Part shown: positions 37,984-51,078 of the stretch, piece by piece
How the letters are laid out: each line of letters starts with the position of its first letter
Numbering within the stretch: position 1 is the first letter of the stretch
DNA from: Octopus vulgaris
Lineage: Eukaryota
Direction: 5' to 3'
Assembly: GCA_951406725.2 (NCBI GenBank)
Contig: OX597824.1
Coordinates: forward strand, 77,252,001-77,316,000
DNA length: 64,000 bases
Notes under the pieces: model-generated
The model's input: the letters and a program-made list of their open reading frames with translations, nothing else
Told to the model about the DNA's origin: nothing
Database searches by the model: none
Translations under genes and position numbers: made by a program

Positions 37984-38505
37984 GTATACACACACACACA
38001 CAGACACTCAACACGTATACCAAACCCATAATGATAATTTGTCGACATCACCATATCATTCAGATTCATTCTTAGATAACAAGTACAGAATACAATCTTT
38101 ATTATTTCATAAGCAATGATGTATATCCTGTTGTTATTATTAGTGAAAGGTCTGTCTATTGATGAACATGAATATCTGTCAGCTCAAAGATGGAATTCTA
38201 CAGAGTGTTTGCTCGTAAATAAGGCAAAAGGAAAACTTTGAAATTATTAGATCTGACTGTATTGAACTATCAGTCAAAATGTCAGCACTCTAGTTAATAA
38301 GGTCAAGTTTTCTGTTAACTTTACTACTAGCCTTAAACTAACTTCTCAGTCAGTCAATCTGTACCTGAAGATTTACGTATTTATAGTTCTACTTTCATTT
38401 ATGCATGTGTGTATATGTGTGTGTGTGTATGTGTGTGTGTGCGTGCGCACATGTATATATATTAATATATATATTTATACATATGTGTGTGTGTGTATAT
38501 ATGCC

Positions 38506-38558
<53 letters not shown>

Positions 38559-38575
38559 GTATATATGCTTATGTA

Positions 38576-38977
38576 TCTCTCTATATATAAACGGCAGTTT
38601 GTCTGTCTGTGTGTCTGTGTGGCTGTCAGGTTGTACCCTATATTTCAACCGATTCTGATGAAACTTGACACACACATAGCCCAATGTCATAATTCAAAAC
38701 TAACGAAAATTTTGAAAAGTTCCTCCAGTTCTGAAAGAAATCGATAAATTCGACATGGGGTCGAGAATCTAAGCTTTTTATATGCAACATATTTTCTGTT
38801 GTAGTTTTCGCAACTTGCAATCGGGAGACAGCTAGGAACATCGTATACATAGACGTATTCGAGTGAAGAGAAGACATTGCAACCTACGCATGCCCCTTCG
38901 TTCCTAAGAGGGAAAGAACTAGATTGGGATAAGTCATTGCCTACTAGGGGCTCTTACATACCCGGGCAACGCCGGGC
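38576..38977 (+). mobile_element. Non-autonomous Helitron-like element lacking the terminal CTAG
   Basis: 5' TCTCTCTATATATAAA plus (GTCT)n; 3' hairpin CCCGGGCAACGCCGGG (38961-76), nearly identical to that of 13557-13954. Confidence 0.75.
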
Positions 38978-39185
38978 TATGCTTATGTATATATATAAAG
39001 AGAGAGAGAGGATAAGAAATGGAAAAGATATCTTCTCTATATATTAAACCACAGTTTTACCTTTAAATTACATACTACCATATACCTTATAACTAGGACT
39101 ATACATAGTAAGATAATACACCAGGAGTGCCTACGGATATATCTATCCCTTAGATGGTTGCATAATCTCTAACATATATCTTGCT

Positions 39186-39226
<41 letters not shown>

Positions 39227-39256
39227 CTAAATAAATAAATATTTAAATACATGAAT

Positions 39257-39771
39257 GAGTCGAAGTAATGTGAAGACACTGTTGACCCTTTTTTTCTTTT
39301 TCACTACAAGGACATTTTTTATCATGAGTATGCTCTACCTGGTCAGACAGTAAACAAGGAGTGCTACTGTGACAATTTGCAGCATTTGTGGGATGCTATA
39401 CGTTGGAAAAGGCCACAATTGTATCCATCTGGTGAGTGGAAATTGCACCATGAAAACACAACCTGCTCATTCAGCCCAGCTGGTGCAGGAGGTTATGGCT
39501 TGGCACAGCATTTCCCAGGTCCAACAGCCACCGTATCTTCCAGGTCTCACTTGAAAGGAAGAAGATTTCAGGATGTCGAGGAAATCAAAGCGAATGTGAC
39601 AAGGAAGCTGCAGATTATCCCAGAAGATGAGTTCCAGGAGTGCTTCCATCAACGGAATTAAGTGTGTGGCTTCTGAAGGGAACTACTTTGAAGGAGATTA
39701 AATGCCAAATTGGCAGGTGTTGTAGTTTTGTTTTTATAGCACAAGTCTGAATACTTATTGATCAGACCTCA
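39257..39771 (+). pseudogene. mariner transposase 3' half with right terminus
   Basis: SRSNVKTLL..HEYALPGQTVNKE..DAIRWKRP..WKLHHEN/PAHSA..QPPYLPGL..LKGRRFQDVEEIK..KCVASEGNYFEGD* (stop 39699-701); end tacttattgatcagacctca-TA. Confidence 0.9.
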
Positions 39772-40832
39772 TATATATGTGTGTGCATATATGTGTGTAT
39801 GTATGCGTGTGAGTTTGTGTGTATAGAGAGAGGAGAGAGAGAGAGAGAGGTAGTGATGCAGATAAACATGATTAGGTTTGATATATATATAAATATACAT
39901 ACAATTCATAAATGAGGGCAAAGGAAAAAGATTCTAATGCCAAATATGCCAAAAAACTGGACATATTGTCCATTAACCATATAATTTTTTCACAATACGC
40001 ACGCTACTCGAAAAAAGTTCGACAGAAATTTCTAAAATTTCATTATTACCATATCGGACCGATTTCAGAGTTAGCTACTAAGAGCCCTCTCTTCGTCAAT
40101 CCTCACATTTGATATAAATATACATACATATATACATATAGATATATATATAGGAATATATAGAGACAAAAAGCCTAAATATACTTAAAAGATAAACATA
40201 TGTACAAGCACATAGATATCTATAAATACTGACAAATACATACGTGGAGTATAAAACATACAGAAGACTAAGGGGAGAATGCATAGTTTATAATTTGAAG
40301 TTGTTTCTGGGAGGCCAGAATTATGTAAAAGCTCATGAATAGCAGTTGGAATATGCAAAAAGTCATAGATGTGTAACCATAGATAATGAATAGAGACATC
40401 ACTATAATATCATTTTCCCTTCCTGATGAAAAACGCATATATAAATATAGGCTGGAACATGGTTGTATGATTAGAAGTTTGCTTCTTAACCACATGGTTT
40501 CAGTGTGGGACTCCTAGCAAATGTCTTCTACTATACCCACATGTTGACCAAAGCCTTGTGATTTGGTAGACAGAAACTGCATAAGTCCATCACATGTGCA
40601 CATGTGTGTGAGTGTGTATAAATATATATATTAGAGAATATTATTCCAAACTTACAGGGAAAAATTCAGTTTAGAAGTACTAAATCAAATTTCACAAAAT
40701 ATAATATATATAAAATTTTATATTGTACTGACTACTTTATATTCATTTTTGAATGTCGCTGGTGCACTCAGATGAACAATGGCACACAGTGTAATGGAAT
40801 GGATATTTTGAAAAATAGATGAATACAGTAAG

Positions 40833-40890
40833 CTTGACTGATGATCCTTAAGTTCTAACGTACGAAAGGGGAAATCAATTGAATAGCAAG
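40833..40890 (+). ncRNA. Hammerhead-like motif
   Basis: CTTG(A)-CTGATGA-TCCTT...AAGGG-GAAA-TCAATTGA-ATA-(G)CAAG; palindromic stem III. Confidence 0.55.
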
Positions 40891-41055
40891 ATATCTCTTC
40901 TTGCTTTGTACTTTATATAAGGTAAGGACTATTTTTATCATACTCATTATATTCACCAAGTATGTTTCTTAACAGTCAGAAATTTGTGGATTTGGAGTGT
41001 TAACTCCTATTTCTAACAAGTGATATTCCAGTACGCTACTTTATATAAATATATA

Positions 41056-41466
41056 CTCTTTTACTCTTTTACTTGTTTCAGTCATTTGACTGCGGCCATG
41101 CTGGAGCACCGCCTTTAGTCGAGCAAATCGATCCCATGACTTATTCTTTGTAAGTCTAGTACTTATTCTATTGGTCTCTTTTGCAGAACCGCTAAGTTAT
41201 GGGGACGTAAACACACCAGCATCGGTTGTCAAGCGATGTTATGGGGGGGGGGGGGAACAAACACAGACACACAAAACACATATATATACATATACATATA
41301 TACAACGGCCTTCTTTCAGTTTCTGTCTACCAAATCCACTCACAAAGCTTTGGTCGGCCCGAGGCTATAGTAGAAGACACTTGCCCAAGGTGCCACGCAG
41401 TGGGACTGAACCCAGAACCATGTGGTTGGTAAGCAAGCTACTTACCACACAGCAACTCCTACATCT
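41056..41466 (-). mobile_element. SINE-A full length
   Basis: Reverse complement of the 25102/29833 type. Confidence 0.92.
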
Positions 41467-41888
41467 ATGCATATATATATATATATATACATTAATATAC
41501 ATTAATACATATAAGTATGTACGTATGTATGTTAGTTAGGTATGTTGGTATGTAGGTAGGTAAGGTGATAGGTACGGCCTTTCTAGAGTTGTGGTTAAGC
41601 ATATTGCCTTTATTGTCCAAAACTTTCTGTGAGTTGGTCTCACTGGATACCAAACTTGCTAGTTACTTTTAGATTTTAAATACTTAGAGAATGTTTTACC
41701 TACTAATTGCTTGGATAACCTTAGTTGATTGAAAAATTTTTCAACTTGTTACATTATTACATTTCTTGAGAATAATACCTTATTTATAAAAGTAATTTTA
41801 GCACACCAACTAATTGGTTTCTCTCTTACAACATATCTCATTTTCCTTTGGCTTTTTTAAAATTTCAATTTTTAAGAAACAGTAAACC

Positions 41889-42225
<337 letters not shown>

Positions 42226-42627
42226 TCACTTTCACACAAGGCCTTTATCTACTTCTACACTTTTGCCAAATTTAGAAGAATTAACTCAAAGTTTTGTTTT
42301 GGGATTTGCTGGAAATGCTCTTTCTTAGTTCTCATGTGAATCATACTCATTTTAAAAATTGTTTAATTATATACTCTGTTTGGAGTAGTGCACTTTTAAA
42401 GTTTGTTATTTGTGATTATTTCTAGCTGAAAAATTGGGAGTTAGGAAAAAAAATAATTACTGAAAGATTTTTGGCAAGGAAGGAGATTGTTTTCCTAACT
42501 TCATTGAACGAAGAATTTTGAGTTCAATCCAGAATGGAAAGATTGCTTCTATAACAATGTAGAGCAAGTAATTTTGATTTTATTTATTTATGTATTTATT
42601 TATTTGTTTGTTTCTCTGTTGGCAATG

Positions 42628-42940
42628 AAATGGCTGTGTGGTTAAGAAACTCACTTTGCAACCATGTAGCTTTGGGTTCAATCCTACTGCGTGGCATCTT
42701 GGGTATGTGCCTTCTACTATAATGTTGAGCCAACAAATGCCTTGTGAGAGAATGTGGAAGCCATCATATATATATATATGACACAGGTGTGGTTGTGTGG
42801 TAAGAAGCTTGCTTCACAACCACATGGTTCCGGGTTCAGTCCCACTGCATGACATTTTGGGCAAGTGTCTACTATTATAACCTCAGGCCAACCAAAGCTT
42901 TGTGAGTGGATTTGATAGAGAGAAACTGAAAGAAAAGCAT

Positions 42941-42980
<40 letters not shown>

Positions 42981-43178
42981 TCTCCCCCACCATCACTGCT
43001 TGACAACCAGTATTGGTGCGTTTACGACCCCATAAGCTGGCAGTTTGAAAAAAGAGACCAATAGAATAAGTACTAGGCCTAAAAAAAAAGTATTGGAATT
43101 GATTTGATCTACTAAAACCCTTCAAGGTGGTCCTCCAGCATGGCCACAATCAAATGACTGAAAAAAAATAAAAGAATA
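42628..43178 (+). mobile_element. Old SINE-A head (about 42628-42770) followed by a full SINE-A (about 42780-43178)
   Basis: Two tggctgtgtgg/ggttca heads; tail ccagcatggccacaatcaaatgactgaaa. Confidence 0.82.
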
Positions 43179-43207
43179 TTTACATATAAACAAGGATGGG
43201 CCATATA

Positions 43208-43597
43208 TCATCATCATGATCATCATCATTTAATGTCCGCTTTCCATACTGGCATGAGTTGGAAGGTTTGAGTGAGGGCTGGTGAGCCAGAAGGCTGCAC
43301 CAGTCTCCAATCTGATCTGGCAAAGTTTCTACAGCTGGATGCCCTTCCTAACACCAACGACTCTGAGAGTGTAGTGGGTGCTTTTACATGCCACTGGCAT
43401 GAGGGCCAGTCAGGTGGTACTGGCATTGGCCACACTCAAATGTTGCTTTTTATGTGCCACCTGCACAGGAGCCAGCTTGGCAGCACTGGCAACGACCACA
43501 GTCGAATGTTGTTTTTTTTATATGCTACTGGCACGGGAGCCAGTCAGCGGCCCGGGCAACAATCACGCTCAAATGGTGCTTTTAATGTTCCACTGCC
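43208..43597 (-). mobile_element. SINE-D with internal ~67-bp units
   Basis: (CAT)n tail, core and three to four units. Confidence 0.85.
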
Positions 43598-43895
43598 ATT
43601 TGGAGAGAAGATTTTCTCTCAAAGAGTTAAGATTGAGAAAAGAACCTTTTTAGAAAGTCAAACGATACTAACCTTTGGGAAGAGACTTCACAAAGTGTGT
43701 GTAGGCTTTGCTTTTATAAATGTGCAAGTGCTTTCAGTTCTTTAAAATGTTAAGAACTCAAAGCACTTGCATATTTATAAAAGCAAAGCCTACACATATT
43801 TTGTGAAGTCTCTTCCCAAAGGTTAGTGTCTTTTGACTTTCTAAAAAGATTCTTTTCTCAATCTTAACTCCTTGAGAAAAAACTTCTCTCTAAAT
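43598..43895. repeat. Near-perfect long hairpin (about 145-bp arms, about 9-nt loop)
   Basis: atttggagagaag...agttctt / aagaact...cttctctctaaat are reverse complements with scattered mismatches. Confidence 0.95.
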
Positions 43896-44386
43896 ATTAT
43901 AACTGTATGTGGTTTCCCTCTAATATGTATATAATACAATTTTACTGAACCTTCAGTTTTTTTTATATGCTAGACCAATGGTGTGAAATCAATGTTAATT
44001 AAATTAATATCTAATTTGTCACCCTCATTTTAAATCTATATATATATATATATGTATGTATGTATGTATATATATACAAAATAAGAAAATGGAGAAATAC
44101 ATCTAAATCATTAATCAACTACCAGATAATACCCAATCACATACTTTATTAAACCACTACATAAGAACATTAGGGTTAAACATAAAAATATATAACAAAA
44201 CAGCGTACATGAATGAGTAATATAATACAATAAGTACAATCATTATAAGAGGATATAAATAGATAAATATAAATAGATATAAATATAAATATACACTATA
44301 TCTTACAGCTGTTTTGGCCATGCAGATAAGTATGTCTCATTTTACCTATATTAGCCATGTATAGTATGTCAATATGAAGTCATAAA

Positions 44387-44453
<67 letters not shown>

Positions 44454-44457
44454 TATA

Positions 44458-44662
44458 ACAGGAAGGTTTATGAAAATAAATTAAAGACGAAGGCAGGCGG
44501 AGTACAAACACACAAATGTATGGCACTCAGGAATAGAAATAGAACAAGTCTTTTACATTTCGAGCCTACGCTCTTCGACAGAAAGATACACAGAAAAAAA
44601 CAAGGAGAGAAAAAAGTGCGTGTAGGAGCTAACGATCTATCATGGCGTCCTGACTTCGGACA

Positions 44663-44665
<3 letters not shown>
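44458..44665 (-). mobile_element. Short hammerhead-bearing element, family X (second copy)
   Basis: TA-type repeats on both sides; minus strand TCTTT-CTGTCGA-AGAGC GTAG GCTC-GAAATGTA-AAAGA (44549-86). Confidence 0.68.
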
Positions 44666-44700
<35 letters not shown>

Positions 44701-45035
44701 CTAAAGGGCTCTGTTGTTGCTGTCAATACACATAAATTTGTATACACACATGCTGGCAGCAACCATAAATGGCCGGAAAGTGATGATTGCGATATGCCAA
44801 ATGGGACCTGAGTGAGAGTAAGTCTTCCCTCAGGGGAACACATGACATGACCTGAATTCCCAAGGAAGGTGGAAAAGACGTTGCCCTAAAAATAGCTGGT
44901 GGCTGTATCCTGGGGCAAAAAGCCGATACAGTTGACATCCAAATATCCCAAAACACCAGACAAAAGTTGTCAATGGCCAATGTGCCACAGGGACAGAAAA
45001 GCTTAAGGCTTAAGACCAATGGTTACTTGCATACT

Positions 45036-45269
45036 TAAGGCGGCGAACTGGCAGAAACGTTAGCACGCCGGGCGAAATATTTAGCGGTATTTCGCCTGCC
45101 GTTACGCTCTGAGTTCAAATTCCGCCGAGGTCGACTTTGCCTTTCATCCTTTCGGGATCGATTAAATAAGTACCAGTTACACACTGGGGTCGATATAATC
45201 GACTTAATCCGTGTGTCTGTCCTTGTTCGTCCCCTCTGTGTTTAGCCCCTTGTGGGTAGTAAAGAAATA
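45036..45269 (+). mobile_element. SINE-C full length, young
   Basis: 15-bp TSD GGTTACTTGCATACT (45021-35, 45270-84). Confidence 0.93.
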
Positions 45270-45790
45270 GGTTACTTGCATACTGGTCACTTGCCTGTAT
45301 CTAAGTATCAAACAGCTTATGGCTCAGTATTTTTATATATATCTGAAAGCTGTATTTTGTACTGCTCACTGTCCCAGATGCCTAAATGCAATATCTAAAA
45401 CATACAATGTGAGAGAACCTCATCCAAAAGAGGGGAGGGTCAAGAATCTGCCGAAAAGGTCAGCAGAGTTGTAAAGTAAGGAGATAAGTGCAGAGAGGGA
45501 AACATTTAAAGAAATGAAAGATGAGAGATTCTATGCCTAAATTAATATTTCCTTCAGGCAAGTTAGCTTGGAGTAAATTTATTCACAGAGAAGCTGACAT
45601 TGATGATATCAGATAAGAATTTTGAAGGTTATTTTGGTAAGTGGGGGGCTCCATTTCTGTGAATAAACAAAAGTGGTAAGTATCTGTTAGCATTTGTATA
45701 TGTAGATGTGTGTGTGTATGGTTGTGTGACTGCATTTATTTATGTAATATATATGTTTGTATGTAAATACAACTCTTTATCCCTATCTTC

Positions 45791-45822
<32 letters not shown>

Positions 45823-45907
45823 ATATATATACATATATATACATATATATATATACATACATACATATATATACATATATATGTAAGTGTATAAATATAT
45901 GCATATG

Positions 45908-45943
<36 letters not shown>

Positions 45944-46064
45944 TGTATGTATGTATGCATTTATGTATATACATATATATGTAAGTGTATAAATATATAC
46001 ATATGCATACATACATACACATATATATAATATATATGTATATATATATATATATATGTGTATG

Positions 46065-46095
<31 letters not shown>

Positions 46096-46988
46096 GTATA
46101 TATATATGCATGCACATATATATTTTTACAGATACATTTACACAAATGTACATACATAAATGTATCTGATTGTATTTGCATATGTGTGTGCATGCATCTA
46201 TGCGTGTTTATGTGTGTTAAATATGTATATTCATATATAGTTTTTATACATGTTTCCATACACCGATAAAATATTTCCATTCATGCATGTATAAACACGC
46301 ATATCAACTGTCACTACATTACTGCATGGTTGTCTTACTTAAATATGAGATAGTCACATGTGGCAATACCATGTTTCATTTCATAAGTAAGTCAAAGGAG
46401 TAGGAAGAGAAGGAAGGAGAAAAGAAGAAGGAGGTGGAGGAGGAGGGGGGGAAAGGGGTTTCTTTGCAGTCCTTCAGAGACTTGTGAGATAAATGTAGCC
46501 AGATCGTTTCTCTTAAACACATGCATTTTGGAGCCTGCAGGATAACTACGAGTGATACAGAACGGAAGAGGGCGGGGTGTTTGGTCTACGTAATTTCAAC
46601 AGATCCACTTCCACCAAAGGGAGCATCCAAGGGCCAGTTATTGTTGTTGCTGTTGTTGTTGTTGTTGCTTACTGCCAACCAGCGAAATGACAGAACCATA
46701 AGAACATCAGATAAAAAAAATTCGTAGTATTTGTTATGACCGTCTGTTTTGAGTTAAAATCTCATTGAAGATAATATTCCCTTTTTTAACCATTCAGGGT
46801 TGATACACAGTACCGACTCAGAGTGATAGAGAAGTGGAAGTGGGTGTATATGAGATATAATATCTCTTGCTTTACTTCTTGCACTCCTTAAGTTTTCATA
46901 TCAAATTCTGCTACTTCCTATTCAGGTAGCAAACTTAATGTATCACATGCTTTATCATGTGTATGTGTGTGTATATATATATGTATGG

Positions 46989-47019
<31 letters not shown>

Positions 47020-47079
47020 TGTATGTATATATATATATATATATATTTATATATTATATATATATATATAAAATACATG

Positions 47080-47306
47080 CACCCTTTTAAAGCCTAGCCA
47101 AGCTCATGGGCCCCATTTCCCGATTTCTATAGCTTATATGTTCCCCAGCTGGAGAGGACGCCAGTCCATCGCAGCATTAATCATTTTTCTCAGCTGAGTG
47201 GACTGGAGCAACGTGAAATGAAGTGTTTTGCTCAAGAATACAACGCGTTGCCCGGTCCAGGAATCAAAACCACAATCTTACGATCATGATGCTGACACCC
47301 TAACCA
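47080..47306 (-). mobile_element. SINE-E with V-domain-like segment
   Basis: Minus strand tggttagggtg...ttcttgagcaaaacac...GCGATGGACTGGCGTCCTCTCCAG. Confidence 0.8.
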
Positions 47307-47364
47307 TATATATGTATTTTGTATCTTATCTAAATTAATTATTGCTTAACCATCTTCTCACACC

Positions 47365-47412
47365 ATCTCCAATGAAGGGATATAATAAATAGCCCAGAAA
47401 CAGCTGTAAGAT
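47365..47412 (+). ncRNA. Hammerhead-like motif with variant core
   Basis: ATCT-CCAATGA-AGGGATAT..ATAGCCCA-GAA-ACAGCTGT-A-AGAT. Confidence 0.55.
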
Positions 47413-48251
47413 CATATATTTATAAATGTTCTAAAATCTACACAGCCTTGGGTTTTTTTTATCTCATTATGAAAAATATTTTATATATTTATATTATTTA
47501 TATTATGTGTATGTGCTTGAGTGTGTATACATATATACAATTATACTTCATACATAGGTACATAAATATAAAAGGATGTATACATGCAAAATAATGTATA
47601 TGTATGTTTAATATATTGATACCTGTATATACGTACTTGCATGCATATATATGCATATATACACAGCACATGTTAAGAGGGCAGAAAAGTTCAAATAATA
47701 CAGTTTGTGGAACAAATATTTCACATGTCTGTCAAAGATATATATATATATATATATATCTATTCTGAGGTAGTCAAAGTTTACAATCGATACACATCAG
47801 GATTATAACAAATGTGAAGAATAAGGTTACTTCAAACAAATTGATTATTATAAATGATTTAGGGAAATGCCCTTAAGTCAATTGATCGAATATTTTAAAT
47901 TAATCACTGGAATTTTCTCTCATGGACCATTCTCCTTTTTATTGTGTAATATAATATACAAAAAGATTAGAATTTTTCTTATTTCTTAGTAAACACGAAG
48001 GAAAGATATAGAGCGATATGAAATGTCTTAATGGTTTGCATAATGGGACAAAATTATTGTACTTGAAAGTTTAAATAATTTTGCAACTATTATTTTGGGA
48101 TATTGTTAAACATTGTTTTCTACGGAAGATTTATGATTAAGATATTGTTATATTTCGTTCGTTATAATTATTTTTAGGAGTGGTTGATCAAATAAAAAAA
48201 AATCCTATCAAGTACTGTGAGAAAATTTATCCAACTAATCCCCTCCTCTCA

Positions 48252-48454
48252 TTAACCCCTTAGTATTTAGATTATTCTATCGAATATAGTGCTTGTTTAT
48301 TCACAATAATTAATATTTTGAATTAATCATGGATTATCTCATAGCTTTGAGATTGAATGGTATGATTGTTTATTTTTAGAATGACAATATAGAGTAGATG
48401 CGTGAGTTTGGACCTGGGCAGTTTGAACAAACAACTGATAAAATATTTTGGCCA
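48252..48454. mobile_element. piggyBac-type MITE family 2, truncated by the next element
   Basis: TTAA-CCCCTTAGTAT start; homologous to 2594-2816. Confidence 0.55.
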
Positions 48455-48456
48455 TA

Positions 48457-48545
48457 CAGTAATCCCTCAACTACCATGAGTGTTATATTCCCAAACCTCC
48501 TGCAATAGGTGAAAATCCGCAAAGTAGAAACAGTACTGTACTGTA
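48457..48545 (+). mobile_element. pogo/Tigger-like terminal sequence
   Basis: TA-CAGTAATCCCTC...tgcaataggtgaaaatccgcaaagtag; the other end was not located. Confidence 0.5.
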
Positions 48546-48999
48546 TATATTTTTTATCATTTTTATAATTTGTACATATTTATTTTATCATAAATGCAAA
48601 ACAGTACCACACACTCCCCTCCCAAGTTTCGTTTTCCATACACTTGCGATTCTTTGTTTATTCATCAACGGAACACTACATATTTTGTTTTAATATATTT
48701 TAATTAATGTGTTACACAATGCAATACTGTACTTTATTTCTGTTTACTAATTTATTGATTTATTAATTTTTAGGTGTAAAACTGCTTCTTATACCAGGGA
48801 AATAATAAAAATCTAATACATATATTTGTCCTATTTTCGGAGTATCTAAAGGACTAATATATATATTCGTCCTATTTTCGGGGTATCTAAAGGAATATTT
48901 ATGCAAATAGAATCGGGTTTTAAAAGAATTTTCAGAAGCCCCTGTATAAGTTCAATATTCACTTTAGTGCTAATATACACTTTTATATACACGTGTATA

Positions 49000-49422
49000 C
49001 TCTTTTACTCTTTTACTCTTTTACTTGTTTCAGTCATTTGACTGCGGCCATGCTGGAGCACCACCTTTAGTCGAGCAAATCGACCCCGGGACTTATTCTT
49101 TGTAAGCCCAGTACTTATTCTATTGGTCTCTTTTGCCGAACCGCAAAGTGACGGGGACGTAAACACACCAGCATCGGTTGTCAAGCAATGCTAGGGGGAC
49201 AAACACAGACACACAAACATATATACACACACTTATATATATATATATATACATATATATGACGGGCTTCTTTCAGTTTCCGTCTACCAAATCCACTCAC
49301 AAGGCATTGGTCGGCCTGGGACTATAGCAGAAGACACTTGCCGAAGATGCTATGCAGTGGGACTGAACCCGGAACGATGTGGTTGGTTAGCAAGCTACTT
49401 ACCACACAGCCATTCCTGTGCC
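49000..49422 (-). mobile_element. SINE-A full length, young
   Basis: (CTCTTTTA)3 tail; full body and head. Confidence 0.93.
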
Positions 49423-49509
49423 TATATGTAATTTTATTTTATGAATATTCATTAAGCATATTCAGACTTCTTTCTTTCGTTATTTTTTCTCCCCCTATTT
49501 GTTACTTGT

Positions 49510-50223
49510 ATAGAATCCTGTAACATCACGCCCCCTCCTCTTCTCTTACGTCTTTAGCTATCTGTTGCTTATAAGATTGTTACCTTTTCTTCTCCTTTTT
49601 CTTCCCTCTCTCTGCATTTTACTTCTTGTCTTTATGTATACACCAAGTGATTTTTGCATGCGGGCAAGATTGCATATACATATGTATATGTGTATTTGTG
49701 TGTATATTTACGTCTGCATATGTATGTGGTCTGTGTACATCTATCTTTGTGTATTTTGATGTATATATGTATATTGATGGTTTAGCATGCGTATATACTG
49801 TTGTGAAATATTTAAATTTTTAATATATTAATTGTATTAATCGAATTATATTTCATAAATAATTAATGACAATATGTATTTTGAATCCGCTCTTGAATTT
49901 AAGGTTTTTCCTTGATTTTCATATTTTATAATTTATTATTGTATGCATTTATTTTGTTTATTTTGTTTATCGCATGCTTAAGACCATTATTTGAAAGAAC
50001 CAATGAAACAAATCCATTTTTAAAGGTGTATTCTTTAACTAGTTTTGAACATATTGTTATTTCTGTTCTATTTTAACAAAACTGTCCGACAAACAGGAAC
50101 TTGAAACTCTGAGTAACAAATTTTGTTATATTTCTGCTGCTTTTAAATAAAGTATATTGCTCTACCTCTGGTATTTTAGTACTCTTTTTTCCACCTTGTT
50201 TCACATTTATGTGCTTACTCCGG

Positions 50224-50225
<2 letters not shown>
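49510..50225 (+). mobile_element. Longer, older copy of family Z (5' boundary uncertain)
   Basis: 50076-50225 aligns with 34558-34706, including decayed hammerhead CTGT-CCGACAA..GAA-ACTCTGAGT-A; ends in (TA)n. Confidence 0.55.
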
Positions 50226-50272
<47 letters not shown>

Positions 50273-50563
50273 TACTTATTCCATGTCCTCATGTTGTTGT
50301 TTTTTCTTGCTTGTTCATGTTTGGATTGACTATATATATATCAAAAGATAAAAATTTATTTAGGTGTTAAATACCCACCTAAGGGATATTAAATATCCAA
50401 AGAATTTACTGAATTTTTTTACCTATACAAATAACAAAGTTATGAACTATCACTCATAACAAATAGGTAAATAAATAAATAAAATAAACATACAGTTTAT
50501 CAATATATAAATATAAATTAGAAATGGAAACCAAAATAATATATATATATATATATATATATA

Positions 50564-50755
50564 TCTTTATATATATAAAACTGAGAATGTGTGTCTGTCT
50601 GTCTGTCTGTGTTTCCCTAAAACTTGAGAACTACACAACCAATTTCATTCAAATTTTACATATGCCTTACTTAGGGTCCGGGGAGTGTCATTGGCAAAAT
50701 GTTCAACTTCTTGCCTAGAGTGAGCCCATAGCAATATCATATCTTCTCCACTATT
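50564..50755 (+). mobile_element. Helitron-like 5' portion
   Basis: TCTTTATATATATAAAA then (GTCT)n and caaccaatttcattcaaattt, as in the other two Helitrons. Confidence 0.6.
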
Positions 50756-50793
50756 AACGTCCGCAGAAAACGGACGTTAAACGATGATGATGA

Positions 50794-50856
<63 letters not shown>

Positions 50857-51078
50857 ATGTGCTTAACCTTGTACATGTATATATAAACGAACTATAAAAG
50901 GAATGTTGCACACATACTAAATAGAAACCGGTTTATTAACAGACTGCCATACCATTGATTGAAGAAGGCTAATTAAGAAACAGTCCTTTCCTAATGATAA
51001 AATGTCATTTCCTGAAACATGTTTGATGTCAAATGGTGTCACGTGATGACAGAATGTATTGGATCCAAAGACATGAAC

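Noticed and set aside
44710-45400. Higher-complexity sequence hosting a SINE-C
   Set aside because: No sustained ORF or motif recognised; probably an unclassified TE relic
48814-48894. ~41-bp direct duplication, and similar short doublets near 5621, 17337, 36177 and 36446
   Set aside because: Ordinary slippage duplications with no further structure
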